Source: Pseudomonadota bacterium | GTDB taxonomy: Bacteria; Bdellovibrionota_B; Oligoflexia; Oligoflexales; CAIYRB01 | NCBI GenBank assembly: GCA_031416315.1 | Contig: JANOTL010000065.1 | Coordinates: 24,157 to 88,156, forward strand | DNA: 64,000 nt | Direction: 5' to 3' | In this document: positions 27,167 to 39,016 of the stretch, one piece after another | Layout: each line of letters starts with the position of its first letter | How positions within the stretch are numbered: position 1 is the first letter of the stretch | Position numbers and translations under genes: made by a program | Notes under the pieces: generated by a model | The model's input: only the letters and a program-made list of their open reading frames with translations | Databases searched by the model: none | What the model was told of the DNA's origin: nothing

Positions 27167-30004
27167 TCACGCCACCCGCAACCCAGGCGCCACCACCCTC
27201 ATCTCCATCACCCGCCGATAAGCCAAAGCCAAGCTGGCCTCCAAGACATGCGCCACCGCCGACTCGTCCACGGCCCCGTCCACCAGCAAAGGCTCCGTTT
27301 CGAACATCGGCCATTGCCCCGTCGCCAAGCCCGCGATCTCCGCGCACTGCACGATCACGACGCAGCGTCGATCTCCGAGAGCTTCGCCGAGCGAGGCGGC
27401 GCTCATTCCCGCTAACGCATGCTCGTCGATGACCAGGATCGTCGCGGTCGCGCTCGAGGTCTCGCCGGCCGCGGGCAAGCTCGTCCGGACGTGCAAGGGA
27501 ATCGCGCCGAGATGCGCGGGCGCGATCCGCGCGAGCTTCGCCTGGATGTCCTCGGCCGCCGGCGTCACCAGGATCGCCTCCAGCTCGATCGTCGCCAAGT
27601 GCTCGGCGCTGGCCGCCGGCAGCGACATGACGATGTCTTGCGACTCCCGCTCGACCTCTGCGTAGATTCCCCCTTCCAGCATCGCGAGCGCGAGGTCGTC
27701 GACTTGCTGGATCACCGTTTCCGCGTACGTGCCCTCGTCGGGCGCCGAGACGCCGATGCGGACTTCGATCGCGGCGGACGGCGCCGTCGCGACGGTCAGC
27801 TCGATCGTCGCCGGTCGCGTCGTCGAGGCGACGGCCGTGCGAACGAGCTGGCGTAAGCCATGCGCGAACACCATGCGGTCGGCGGCGGCGAAGCCCGTGC
27901 CCCGGATGACGAACTCGACGCCGTGGATCCCGGCATGCTCGGCCTTCACCGCGCGGAGCTCGCACTCCAAGCTGAAGATCGTCACCCGCGAGCTCGCGTC
28001 GACCCCTTTTACCGGGAAAAAGACCTCCACCGCGCTGCCTTGCCCTGGCGCGCCGAGGATACGCGCGTCGCCGCCCAGCTTGCGGGCGATATCGCGCACG
28101 ACGTCCAGGCCGACGCCGCGGCCGGAGAGCTCGGTGACGCTCTCCGCCGTCGTGACGCCCGGCGCGAAAAGCCGGTCGAAGACGCCGAGGTCGTCGAGCG
28201 CCGCAAGCTCCGCCGCCGTCGCCGCGCCCTTCTTCACGAGCTTCTCCTCGAGCGCCTTGCGGTCCAAGCCGCGCCCGTCGTCTCTGATCGTGACGCTCGC
28301 CATGCGGTCGATCATCCGGCTCTCGATGACGATCCGTCCCGCGGCCCCCTTGCCGCCGGCCCTCCGCTTCGCCGGCGCCTCGATGCCGTGGTCCAGGGCA
28401 TTGCGCAGGCAATGGATCAGGATGTCGCTCAAGGCTTCCATCGCCGCCAGGTCGAAAAAGCGCGCATTGCCGCTCAGCGCCAAAGGCTCGAGCAGCTTCC
28501 CGTGGCGTTGTGCCAGATCCTGCATCATTCGGTCGAAGCGCTCGACGTAGAGCGTTAGATCCTCCTTGCCGACGCAGGCGACGGCCAGGCGATATTCACC
28601 GTGCAGATCGGAGAGCCGCGCCAGGTGGACCTCCCCCGAGTTGAGCTCGGAGAAGAGCCGCGCCAACAAAGACTTCAGCCACTGCGTGTGCGCGGCCTGC
28701 GTGCCGCTCACCGTCTCGCGGACGTCGCCGAGGAACTTCGCGCGCAAAGACGCGTAGCTCTCGACTTCGTTGACGACGAAGCGCACGTAGTCCTGCAAGG
28801 TCCGCGCTTCCTCCGGCCGCCGCACACCTTCCCGAAGGAGCCGCGAGGCCAGCTCTTCCGCTTCCCGTGCGACGCGCACCGTACGGCCGAGCCCGAGGAG
28901 TCGCGCATGGCTTTTCACCGTGTGCAAATGCCGCAACACGGCGACGACGTCTTCGCGCCCCGGAAGGAGCTGATGCGAGCCGGAGCTCGGGCTCAAAGAC
29001 TCCTGGCACTCCGCGGCCAAAGACGAGACTTTCTTGACGAAGAGCGCGAAGGCTCCGTCTTCGATCGCCAGGAGCTCCGACAGCCGCTCGAGCCGCGCCT
29101 CCAGCTCTTGCCGGTCTTTCTGCGCAGTCGCGGCTTCCGCGGTGACGCGCGTGACCTCGGCGCGTCGCGTGTCGAGGTCGTGCTCCAGAGTCGCCGTCCG
29201 CCGCACGAAGCGTCGTACGACGACGAGCGCGGCGAGCAACGAGATCACGGCGTAAACGAGGAGAATCGATGCCGCGACCCGGCGCCAATCCCGAGGCGGC
29301 TCCGCCGTTTGCAGCACCTGCGCGATGAGGCCCTGCGGCGCGGTCACCAGCTCTCGATCGAGCTTCGCGTCCAGCGCCTCGAGGCTTTCCTGAGGCCCGA
29401 TCGTGCGCACGTTTGTCGACGAGACCGCCAGGACCCGCGTCTTGTCGCGAAGGACGAAGTCGTGGCCCGTGAGCCGCGCGACCTCGGCCGCGAACGCATC
29501 GTCCAACGGCGTTCCCAACCGGAGGTAGCCGTAACGGCTGGCGACGTCGCCGAGCACGCCCACGACCCGCAGCTCCGGCACGCCCTCCGCGCTCGTGACG
29601 ACCTCGACTCGAGGCGTTCCCGAGGCCAGACGCTCGGCTTCACCGATGCCGGTCGAAGGCTCAGGGGAAAGGCTCGCGAGCGGCGCGCCGCCGTCGTCGT
29701 AGGCCTCACAGCGGCTGAGCTTCCGTGCTCCGCACAGAGTCCGCATTGCGCTCGCAATGGCTTCGCCGTCCAAGGTCTCGACCGCCGACGCCAAGGTCGC
29801 GTCGTTCCGCACCGATCCGAGGTCGGCGAGGAGCCGCAAGGCGCGCGCCTCCAGCGCATGCGCGTACACCTGGGCGACGTGCTCCAAGTCGGGCGCGGCC
29901 GACCGCGAGAAGACGGGCGGTCCGATCACGACGAAGCTCACCGCGACGGCGAGCGCGAGCGCGACGAGCTGGGTCAGGGCGAGAATGCGGACGGGAAAAC
30001 GCAT
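27167..30004 (-). CDS. Membrane sensor kinase with Hpt and CheA-type HATPase domains, no CheW domain
   Basis: Two TMs around a Cache-like periplasmic region, coiled coil, Hpt LHTVKSHARLLGL, HCLRNALDHGIE, DDGRGLD, SGRGVGLDVV. Confidence 0.85.
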   Translation of the reverse strand: MRFPVRILALTQLVALALAVAVSFVVIGPPVFSRSAAPDLEHVAQVYAHALEARALRLLADLGSVRNDATLASAVETLDGEAIASAMRTLCGARKLSRCEAYDDGGAPLASLSPEPSTGIGEAERLASGTPRVEVVTSAEGVPELRVVGVLGDVASRYGYLRLGTPLDDAFAAEVARLTGHDFVLRDKTRVLAVSSTNVRTIGPQESLEALDAKLDRELVTAPQGLIAQVLQTAEPPRDWRRVAASILLVYAVISLLAALVVVRRFVRRTATLEHDLDTRRAEVTRVTAEAATAQKDRQELEARLERLSELLAIEDGAFALFVKKVSSLAAECQESLSPSSGSHQLLPGREDVVAVLRHLHTVKSHARLLGLGRTVRVAREAEELASRLLREGVRRPEEARTLQDYVRFVVNEVESYASLRAKFLGDVRETVSGTQAAHTQWLKSLLARLFSELNSGEVHLARLSDLHGEYRLAVACVGKEDLTLYVERFDRMMQDLAQRHGKLLEPLALSGNARFFDLAAMEALSDILIHCLRNALDHGIEAPAKRRAGGKGAAGRIVIESRMIDRMASVTIRDDGRGLDRKALEEKLVKKGAATAAELAALDDLGVFDRLFAPGVTTAESVTELSGRGVGLDVVRDIARKLGGDARILGAPGQGSAVEVFFPVKGVDASSRVTIFSLECELRAVKAEHAGIHGVEFVIRGTGFAAADRMVFAHGLRQLVRTAVASTTRPATIELTVATAPSAAIEVRIGVSAPDEGTYAETVIQQVDDLALAMLEGGIYAEVERESQDIVMSLPAASAEHLATIELEAILVTPAAEDIQAKLARIAPAHLGAIPLHVRTSLPAAGETSSATATILVIDEHALAGMSAASLGEALGDRRCVVIVQCAEIAGLATGQWPMFETEPLLVDGAVDESAVAHVLEASLALAYRRVMEMRVVAPGLRVA

Positions 30005-30010
30005 GCTTAG

Positions 30011-30038
30011 GCATCGGCAAGCAGCCGGAGAAAGATGA
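30011..30038 (-). promoter_or_regulatory. Putative sigma28-like promoter of the CheA-like kinase
   Basis: TCATC-N15-GCCGATGC ending 6 nt before ATG 30004; no SD. Confidence 0.45.
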
Positions 30039-30099
30039 TCCTCGCCGGCGCCTCGACCGAAATATCTATCTGATATTACTGAATTAATTGAATTCCCTA

Positions 30100-30127
30100 T
30101 CAAGTCGACCAAGTCTTCCGCCGATTC
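30100..30127 (+). promoter_or_regulatory. Putative sigma28-like promoter
   Basis: TCAAG-N15-GCCGATTC upstream of the GGAGG-led ATG at 30175. Confidence 0.5.
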
Positions 30128-30174
30128 CTGAGTCAACAGGATTCAGAGCTCCCGCGACCTCCGGAGGCGATTTC

Positions 30175-32001
<1,827 letters not shown>

Positions 32002-32013
32002 AGCGTCGCGCCG

Positions 32014-32610
32014 CTATCGCTCCAAGGCCATCCGCACCAGGTCGGCGATCGACTCCGCCCCGAGCTTCCGCATCACCCGCGCGCGGTGGATCTCCACCGT
32101 CCGGATGCTGATCGCCAGATCCGTCGCGATGACCTTGTTCGGCTTGCCAGAGACGATGCGCTCCAGCACCTCGCTCTCGCGCGGCGTCAAACGGTCGAAG
32201 CGCCGCGTCACTTCGCTCGAGTCCTGCTTCTCGCGCCAATCTTTGATGCTGCACTCGACCGCGGCCCGCACCATTTCGACGAGCTCGGGCAGGGGCCGTC
32301 CCTTCTCGAAGACGTCGTAAGCGCCGTTCTTCACCACGGCCACCGCCGTCGCGACGTCGACGAAGGCCGACATCACCACGACCGCGAGCGGGTGGTCCAC
32401 CGCCGCCAGACGACGCTGTAACTCGAGCCCGCCCATCCCGGGCATGCGGATGTCAGTGAGTAAGCACCCGGGACCCGGCTCCAAAGCGGCCGCGAAAAAG
32501 TCCTCCGCCGACGCGAACACGGTCGCCGGCAGATCGTCTCCGGCCAAATATTCGGCCACGACCGAGCGGAGCTCCGCATCGTCGTCGACCACGTATACGT
32601 GTGCGCTCAT
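32014..32610 (-). CDS. FixJ/LuxR-family response regulator
   Basis: HVYVVDDD, DIRMPGMGG, LTPRESEVL...NKVIATDLAISIRTVEIHRARVMRKLGA. Confidence 0.92.
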   Translation of the reverse strand: MSAHVYVVDDDAELRSVVAEYLAGDDLPATVFASAEDFFAAALEPGPGCLLTDIRMPGMGGLELQRRLAAVDHPLAVVVMSAFVDVATAVAVVKNGAYDVFEKGRPLPELVEMVRAAVECSIKDWREKQDSSEVTRRFDRLTPRESEVLERIVSGKPNKVIATDLAISIRTVEIHRARVMRKLGAESIADLVRMALER

Positions 32611-32834
32611 GGTCCTGAGTTTAGGCGCACCTGAACGGCGACACAATCGGCTGATTTGCGCACGCGAGCGCAACCATTTCTCACCAAGTAGACCTTGCCG
32701 ACCAGGATCCCGAGTCCGCAAGCGCGCCACGCGGCAGCGCCCGGCTGCCAGCCAAGCGGCCTCGGCGAGCTCGGTCCATCGCAAAATGTCGCTGTCTAAC
32801 GCCTTCATGTTGAGAGGATAGCCAGGAACCCGCC

Positions 32835-32861
32835 TCAAGCCGGCCTCCAGACAGCCGACAA
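32835..32861 (+). promoter_or_regulatory. Putative sigma28 (FliA) promoter
   Basis: TCAAG-N14-GCCGACAA, near-consensus, ending 6 nt before ATG 32868. Confidence 0.6.
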
Positions 32862-32867
32862 CGAAGC

Positions 32868-35225
32868 ATGAGTGACCATGCCGCCAAGAAGCTGAGCGTC
32901 GCGCCGCCGTCCCCAGGTAACGGCGCTTTCCCGTTTCGCACCTATCTCGACCTGACGCCGCTCCTCGAGCACTGGCAGGGGCTCGCCGCCGGCGATAACC
33001 CTTGGCTCGCGGCCCAAGCCAAGGAGATCCTCCGCGACGCCGAGCGCCGTCCCGAGCTCTTCGGCCCGAAGGACCACGACGAAGGCGTCGCATTGGTCCA
33101 GAAGCATCGCGCCTTCGTCGACGCGTTGATGGCGGCGATCTTCGCGACCGGCCGGCGCGAGTCGGAGCTGGCTTGCGCCATCATCCCTTATAACTACCGC
33201 GCCTTCTACACGACGCCGCGCATGGCGTCATGGACCGTCTCCGAAGACGGCCGAATCATCGCGCGCCCCCGCTTCTCGCTCGAGGAGCGCGACCGTGGCC
33301 GCGCGCTCGGCGCGTACTTCGTCATCGCCCGGCGCCTTTTCGGGATGGCCCTGCCGCCGCCGATGCTGCGGCTCATCTTCGAGATGGACGACCCCGCGAC
33401 CCGCATGGCCCGCTATTTCGATCTCCAGATCGATCCGACGCACGCACGCTTGAAGGTCGACCCCAAGGCCCCGGTCCTCGGCGACGCCGAGAAGGCGCGC
33501 CTGACTGCCTCGCCTTTCGACCTCGCGCTCTGGCAGGAGCTATTGCCCCCCGAGTTCTATTCTTTCACGGGTTTCGCCTTCATGCGGGCCACCGACGTGA
33601 CCCGCTCCGAGGTGCTCGCCGACGTCAAGCAGCTCCTGATCGAGCGCGAGTCGATCACCTCGGTGAAGAAAATCCGCGCCATCGAAGAGCGCCTCTGCGT
33701 GCTTCTGGGCCGCAAGGGGCTCACGCTCGGCCTCGTCGCGCTGCACGAAGGCGGCGTCCTCCGCATCAGCAGCGACGGCGACGAGCGCCAATTCATCCCC
33801 CGCCAGGAAGCCGGCGACCTGGCCGCGGTCCAGCGCTCCGCCTACGGCCCCGTCCTTCGCTCCGGCCGAGTCACCGTCCTGCGCGACGTCCAGGCCTGCC
33901 TCAGCGAAGGCTGCTGCCTCGACGACTCGCTTCGGACGCGCAAAGTCGGCGGCGCGATCGTCGCGCCTTTGGTGTACATGGACTCGCCGCTTGGTTTCCT
34001 CGAGCTCTCGTCGACAGATAAGCTCGACCTGTCCGAGGTCGAGGCGTCCGTCCTCCGCGACGTCCTCCCGCTGATTGCCATCGCCGTGCGCCGCGGCCTC
34101 GACGAGCTGACCGACGCCGTCGACACGGTGATCAAGAGGCAATGCACCGCCATCCATCCCGCCGTCGAGTGGCGCTTCCGCGACGCCGCGCTGCGCCTCG
34201 TCGAAAGCCAGACGGAGAGCCGCAGCGTGCGCGGGATGGAGGCCATCGTCTTCAAGGACGTTTTCCCGCTTTTCGCCGGCTCCGACATCCGCGGCTCTTC
34301 GTCACGCCGCAACGCCGCGATCCGCGAGGACCTCGACGAGCAGCTACGTCTTGCCGGCGACGCTCTCGACGCCGCTGCCGCGCGGCGCAGGATGCCGATT
34401 CTTGGGATGCTCTCGCTGCGCGTCTCGGAGGCGCGCCGTCGCCTTGAAGGCGGCTTGCCGGCCGGAGACGAGCTCGCGATCCACTTGTTCCTGGACCACG
34501 ACGTCGAGCCCGCGCTCGCGCATCTCGCGGCGCTCGACCCCGCGCTCGCGGGTGTGCTCGCAACTTACCGCAGCGCCGTCGACGGCAACGCCCGCGGCGT
34601 CTACCGTGCCCGTGCCCGTTTCGACGAATCCGTGCGGCGGCTGAACGCCGCGCTCGCCGCCGTCCTTGACCAGGCGCAGCAGGAAGCGCAGGCGATCTAC
34701 CCGCACTATTTCGAGCGCAGCGTCACCGACGGCGTCGAGCACGAGCTCTACGTCGGCGCGAGCCTCTCCGACGGTCGCCCATTCGACCGGCTCCACGTCC
34801 GGGATCTGCGCATATGGCAGCTGGAGCTGCTCGCGAAATGTGCGCGCGAGAACGCCCGCATTCGCCCCGAGCTCGCCGTCCCGCTCGAGACCTGCCATCT
34901 CGTCTTGACCCAGGAAAGCCCGATGACGATCGCCTTCGACTACGACGAGAAGCGCTTCGCCGTCGAGGGCGCCTACAATATCCGGTACGAGATCCTGAAG
35001 AAGCGCCTCGACAAGGCGACCGTCCAGGGCACTGGTGAGCGGCTGACGCAGCCCGATCAGATCGCGATCGTGTACTCGCAGGACAAAGAGCGCGCGGAAT
35101 ACGTCGGCTACGTCGAGTATCTGACGAGTCGCGGGCTCTTGGCGGGGCCGGCGCAGGAGCTGACGTTGGAAGATCTGCAGGGGGCGCAGGGGTTGAGGGC
35201 GTTGCGGGTGAGAATCGTCGTTTAG
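32868..35225 (+). CDS. GAF-domain protein of a conserved ~790-aa family
   Basis: Central GAF (AIVAPLVYMDSPLGFLEL); blocks TAIHPAVEWRF, SDIRGSS, TDGVEH, GAYNIRYEILKKRLDKA, ERLTQP. Confidence 0.8.
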   Translation: MSDHAAKKLSVAPPSPGNGAFPFRTYLDLTPLLEHWQGLAAGDNPWLAAQAKEILRDAERRPELFGPKDHDEGVALVQKHRAFVDALMAAIFATGRRESELACAIIPYNYRAFYTTPRMASWTVSEDGRIIARPRFSLEERDRGRALGAYFVIARRLFGMALPPPMLRLIFEMDDPATRMARYFDLQIDPTHARLKVDPKAPVLGDAEKARLTASPFDLALWQELLPPEFYSFTGFAFMRATDVTRSEVLADVKQLLIERESITSVKKIRAIEERLCVLLGRKGLTLGLVALHEGGVLRISSDGDERQFIPRQEAGDLAAVQRSAYGPVLRSGRVTVLRDVQACLSEGCCLDDSLRTRKVGGAIVAPLVYMDSPLGFLELSSTDKLDLSEVEASVLRDVLPLIAIAVRRGLDELTDAVDTVIKRQCTAIHPAVEWRFRDAALRLVESQTESRSVRGMEAIVFKDVFPLFAGSDIRGSSSRRNAAIREDLDEQLRLAGDALDAAAARRRMPILGMLSLRVSEARRRLEGGLPAGDELAIHLFLDHDVEPALAHLAALDPALAGVLATYRSAVDGNARGVYRARARFDESVRRLNAALAAVLDQAQQEAQAIYPHYFERSVTDGVEHELYVGASLSDGRPFDRLHVRDLRIWQLELLAKCARENARIRPELAVPLETCHLVLTQESPMTIAFDYDEKRFAVEGAYNIRYEILKKRLDKATVQGTGERLTQPDQIAIVYSQDKERAEYVGYVEYLTSRGLLAGPAQELTLEDLQGAQGLRALRVRIVV

Positions 35226-35264
35226 GGGTCGAAGCGCGTCCCCTATCTATGGCACCCTGCCTCC

Positions 35265-37595
35265 ATGGGCTCCCCTAAAAAAACCCTCTTCCTGTGCTTT
35301 CTGGCCCTCGCCGCCTTCGTGCTCGCCGCCGCGCACCTAGTCCCTCTCCCGACACGCCTCACCACCCCAGCATCTCCCGTCCTCCGCTACCGCGACGGCA
35401 CCCCTTTCTACGTCTTCCTTTCTCCGGATGAGAAAGCCCGCATCGCCCCCCGCCCCGGCGACGTCGCCCCCAAATACGTCGAGGCCCTGCTCCGCCTCGA
35501 GGACAAGCGCTTCCGTTGGCACCCCGGCTTCGACCCGATCGCCCTCGGCCGCGCCTTCGCCAAAAACGTCCTGCGCGGCCGCCGCGTCTCCGGCGGCTCG
35601 ACGATCACGATGCAGCTCGCCCGCATCCTCGAGCCCCGCCCGCGCACGCTCCGTAGCAAGGTGATCGAGATCGCACGCGCCGTCCAGCTCACGCTCCGCC
35701 TGTCGAAGACCGAGGTCCTCGACGCCTACCTGACCTTCCTCCCCTTCGGCAGGAACCTCGAAGGCGTCGAAGCTGCCGCTTACGCCTACTTCGGCCATGG
35801 CGCAGCCGCGCTCACGGCGCTGGAGATCGCGACCCTACTCGCCGTCCCTCAGGACCCGAACGACCGCTACCCGGCGCCGAAAAACGCCGCGCGCCTCGCC
35901 TTCGCCCGCGACCGCATCGCCGGGCGCTTAGGCCTCGCCGTCGTTCGCGACACGCCGCCGCCCCTCCGTTTGCGGCCTTTTCCCCATCAGGCCCCACATG
36001 CGGCTTTCTGGCTGAAGGCGCGCGGCGCCGCGGACTCTCCCACCTCCCTCGACGGCGGCGTGCAGAAGCTCGTCGAAAATTTGGTGCGTGCCGTCGAGCG
36101 CGCCACGAAAAACCAGGGCGTGAAGGACGTCGGCGTCGTGGTCGTCGAGCACGAGACGGGCCTCGTCCGCGGGCTCGTCGGCGGCTTCGACTTCTTCGCG
36201 ACGGAGAGCGGCGCGCAGTATCCGGCGTTCGCGGTGCCGCGCTCGCCGGGCTCGGCCTTGAAGCCGTTTCTTTACGCAGCGGCGATCGACCGCGGCATCG
36301 CTTTGCCGGAGCAACTCGTGGAGGACGTGCCGCGCAGCTACGGCGGCTACGGTCCAAAAAACTACGACGGGCGCTACGCCGGGCTGGTCGATCTGGAGCG
36401 CGCGCTGTCGCAGTCGCTGAACGTGCCGTTCGTCACGCTTCTAGAGCGCCTAGGGATCGAGCGTTTCGTCGGCATGCTGGTGAGCGCCGGCGCGACGCGC
36501 CTCGCGGCGATGCCCGGTAAGCTCGGCCTATCCTCTGCCGTCGGCGGCTTGGAGATGAACGCGCTCGAGCTCGCCGGCTTGTACGCCGCCCTCGCGCGGG
36601 ATGGCGCGTATCGGCCGCTCGCATTCGCGGAGCCCGCTGGGGCCGGCGCCGGCCCGAGCCCGGAGGTCTTCGCCCCGGATCTCCCGCTGTTCGCTCCCGG
36701 CGCCGCTTGGCTGACCCGCCGCGCGCTTCGCCTGCGCGATCGCCCGGATTTTCCGCGGCGCCGCGACTTCGCCCGCTTGCCGCGCAACGTCTTCTGGAAG
36801 ACCGGCACGAGCTTCGGTCATCGCGACGCCTGGGCCATCGGCGCCGGTCACCGGTACACCGCTGCGGTCTGGTTCGGCAACGTCGACCACGCCGCAAGCT
36901 TCGCCCTCGTCGGCGCCGACCTCGCCGCGCCCTTGCTTTTCGATGTCCTCGAGGGCCTCGAGACCCCGGAAGATCGGCTGGTCCTCGACTTCCGGCCCGA
37001 CGATCTCGCCGAAGTGAGCGTCTGCGCTTACTCCGGCCACATCCCCGGCCCGGGCTGCCGGCACGCCGTGCCCGCGATGGCTTTGAGAAGTGCCGTCCCG
37101 ACGACCGTCTGCCCTTTTCACGTTGAGCTTGCAGTCGACGTCCGCACCGGCCTCGCGACCGGCCCTTCCTGCGTCGAGGCGAAGGGCGTCCCGTTCGTGA
37201 CCGAGCGCCGCCGCTTCATGGTGTGGCCCACCAGCGTGAAACGCTATCTGAGCGAGGTACATCGCCTCCTCCCCGAGCCCCCGGCGCTGCATCCCGCTTG
37301 CCTTGCGACGCAAGGGGACGCCAAAGCTCGACTCGCCATCAGCTCGCCGCGCGCGGGCCATGCGGTGATCTTGATCCCCGGCCTCTCGCCCGACCGGCAG
37401 GAGATCCCGCTCGAGGCGGAGACGGACTCTCTCGCGCAGTCTCTCAGCTGGTTCGTCGACGGCGCTTTCCTCGGTCGCTTCCCGCCTTCGGAGCGCGTCT
37501 TTTGGACGCCGACTCCCGGCGAGCACGAGATCGCCGTCGCCGACGGCCTCGGGCTGGTCGCCAGCCGTCGCCTCGAAGTCCGGAGCCGCCCATGA
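35265..37595 (+). CDS. pbpC: Penicillin-binding protein 1C
   Basis: Transglycosylase EDKRF and GGSTITMQLAR; transpeptidase SALK, SLN, KTGTS; C-terminal WFVDG...PGEH domain. Confidence 0.93.
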   Translation: MGSPKKTLFLCFLALAAFVLAAAHLVPLPTRLTTPASPVLRYRDGTPFYVFLSPDEKARIAPRPGDVAPKYVEALLRLEDKRFRWHPGFDPIALGRAFAKNVLRGRRVSGGSTITMQLARILEPRPRTLRSKVIEIARAVQLTLRLSKTEVLDAYLTFLPFGRNLEGVEAAAYAYFGHGAAALTALEIATLLAVPQDPNDRYPAPKNAARLAFARDRIAGRLGLAVVRDTPPPLRLRPFPHQAPHAAFWLKARGAADSPTSLDGGVQKLVENLVRAVERATKNQGVKDVGVVVVEHETGLVRGLVGGFDFFATESGAQYPAFAVPRSPGSALKPFLYAAAIDRGIALPEQLVEDVPRSYGGYGPKNYDGRYAGLVDLERALSQSLNVPFVTLLERLGIERFVGMLVSAGATRLAAMPGKLGLSSAVGGLEMNALELAGLYAALARDGAYRPLAFAEPAGAGAGPSPEVFAPDLPLFAPGAAWLTRRALRLRDRPDFPRRRDFARLPRNVFWKTGTSFGHRDAWAIGAGHRYTAAVWFGNVDHAASFALVGADLAAPLLFDVLEGLETPEDRLVLDFRPDDLAEVSVCAYSGHIPGPGCRHAVPAMALRSAVPTTVCPFHVELAVDVRTGLATGPSCVEAKGVPFVTERRRFMVWPTSVKRYLSEVHRLLPEPPALHPACLATQGDAKARLAISSPRAGHAVILIPGLSPDRQEIPLEAETDSLAQSLSWFVDGAFLGRFPPSERVFWTPTPGEHEIAVADGLGLVASRRLEVRSRP

Positions 37596-38254
37596 CCCAG
37601 ATCCGGCGCACTCTCCCGCTCTCCCTCCTCGTCGCCGTCGCGGCGCTCGCCATCGCTGCCGGCGCCGGCGCGGTGTGGGTCGTCTACGGCCCGCGCGTCG
37701 GCCCGGCGAAGCCGCGCGTCACGCCGTCGGAGCTCGCGACCGAGGCGGCCGGCGATCCCGTCGACCGGATCGGCGCCATCGACCTCGAGGTCGGCGTCAT
37801 CGACGGTGCCGAGGACCTCGAGGTCATGGAGAAGGAGTACGACTGTCCCTCCTGCTCGGCCCGGTCGGGCAAGATCGAGCTCTCCGTCCGAGGCGAAAGG
37901 CCGCGCATCCTGCGCAACTCCTACGACGACGGCTCGCACTGCAGCTTCGACGAGACCTACTACTTCACCCTCGACGGCGAGCTCATTCACGCCGTGACGC
38001 TCGAGTCCTGCTACGAGTCCGATGCGCAGCCCGCCGTCGAGCGTTGGGACGAGACGCGCACGTACTTCCACGGCGGCACCGCGATCGTCAGCCAACGCCG
38101 CAGCGCCGGCGCTCAAGAAGAGCTCGACGGCACGGCTTGGGAAGACGACGTCGCCCCCGTCGGCGACGCGTTGCCGCGCCGTGCCTTCGCGCTCGTCGAC
38201 TTCTTCAACTCCGACGAGGACTACGAGACCTTCTTCTCAGGCCGGCGCCCGTGA
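37592..38254 (+). CDS. Membrane-anchored acidic periplasmic hypothetical protein
   Basis: ATGA overlap with the pbpC stop; N-terminal TM; CPSC plus further Cys. Confidence 0.7.
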   Translation: MTQIRRTLPLSLLVAVAALAIAAGAGAVWVVYGPRVGPAKPRVTPSELATEAAGDPVDRIGAIDLEVGVIDGAEDLEVMEKEYDCPSCSARSGKIELSVRGERPRILRNSYDDGSHCSFDETYYFTLDGELIHAVTLESCYESDAQPAVERWDETRTYFHGGTAIVSQRRSAGAQEELDGTAWEDDVAPVGDALPRRAFALVDFFNSDEDYETFFSGRRP

Positions 38255-39016
38255 GCCGGGCTGCGCCGGCTGCCCCTGCTGATTCTTCCGGTGATAGTCG
38301 CCGCGGCTGAGCCACTTCTCGATCAGGCAGTAGAACAAGATGAAGAGGTAGCGCGAGCCCATCTCCTTCACCTTCAGCTTCGACTCGCCCGTCTTCCGGT
38401 TGATCCATTCGTTCGGGATCACGGCGAACGTGTAGCCGCGCACGATGGCCTTGAGCGGGATCTCGACCGTGAGATTGAAGTGATGGCTCATGTGCGGGCG
38501 CGTGCCGTCGATCACGGCTCGGCGGTAGAGCTTGAACGCGTTGGTGACGTCGTTGTAGCGCAGGCCGAAGATCACCTGCACCATCGCGTTGAAGAAGCGG
38601 TTCAAGACCAGCTTGAACGGCGGGTAGTCGTAAACCTTGCCCGGTGCCGTCCAGCGCGTGCCGAAGACGCAGTCCACGCCCTTGGCCTCCAAAGTCCGGT
38701 AAAACGTCACCAGATCCTCGGGCCGATCCGAGGCATCCGCCATGTAGATCGCGACGGCGTCGCCGGTGTAGCGGTCGAGGCCGAAGCGCACGGCGTTGCC
38801 GAAGCCGTTACGACCCGTGTTGGTCACGTAGAGTAGGGTCGAAAGCTCGGCGGTGAGCTTCTTCAGCAAAGCCTCCGTGCCGTCCTTCGACCGGTCGTTG
38901 ACGACCAGGATCTCGTGCTCGATCGACTCCGCCACGAGCTTCGTCTGGAGCGCTCGCACGGTGCCCTCGATGCAGCCTTCCTCGTTGTAGGCGGGAATGA
39001 CGATCGAGAGCTTCAT
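38237..39016 (-). CDS. Glycosyltransferase family 2 (DPM1-like)
   Basis: [31 protein letters not shown]. Confidence 0.92.
   Translation of the reverse strand: MKLSIVIPAYNEEGCIEGTVRALQTKLVAESIEHEILVVNDRSKDGTEALLKKLTAELSTLLYVTNTGRNGFGNAVRFGLDRYTGDAVAIYMADASDRPEDLVTFYRTLEAKGVDCVFGTRWTAPGKVYDYPPFKLVLNRFFNAMVQVIFGLRYNDVTNAFKLYRRAVIDGTRPHMSHHFNLTVEIPLKAIVRGYTFAVIPNEWINRKTGESKLKVKEMGSRYLFILFYCLIEKWLSRGDYHRKNQQGQPAQPGSRAPA

Noticed and set aside
27167..30004. Canonical chemotaxis cheA
   Set aside because: Has TM/sensor domains, lacks CheW, and no chemotaxis operon is present.
35223..35245. TAGGGG...CCCCTA hairpin as an intrinsic terminator
   Set aside because: Short stem, long loop and no U-tract; too weak to call.
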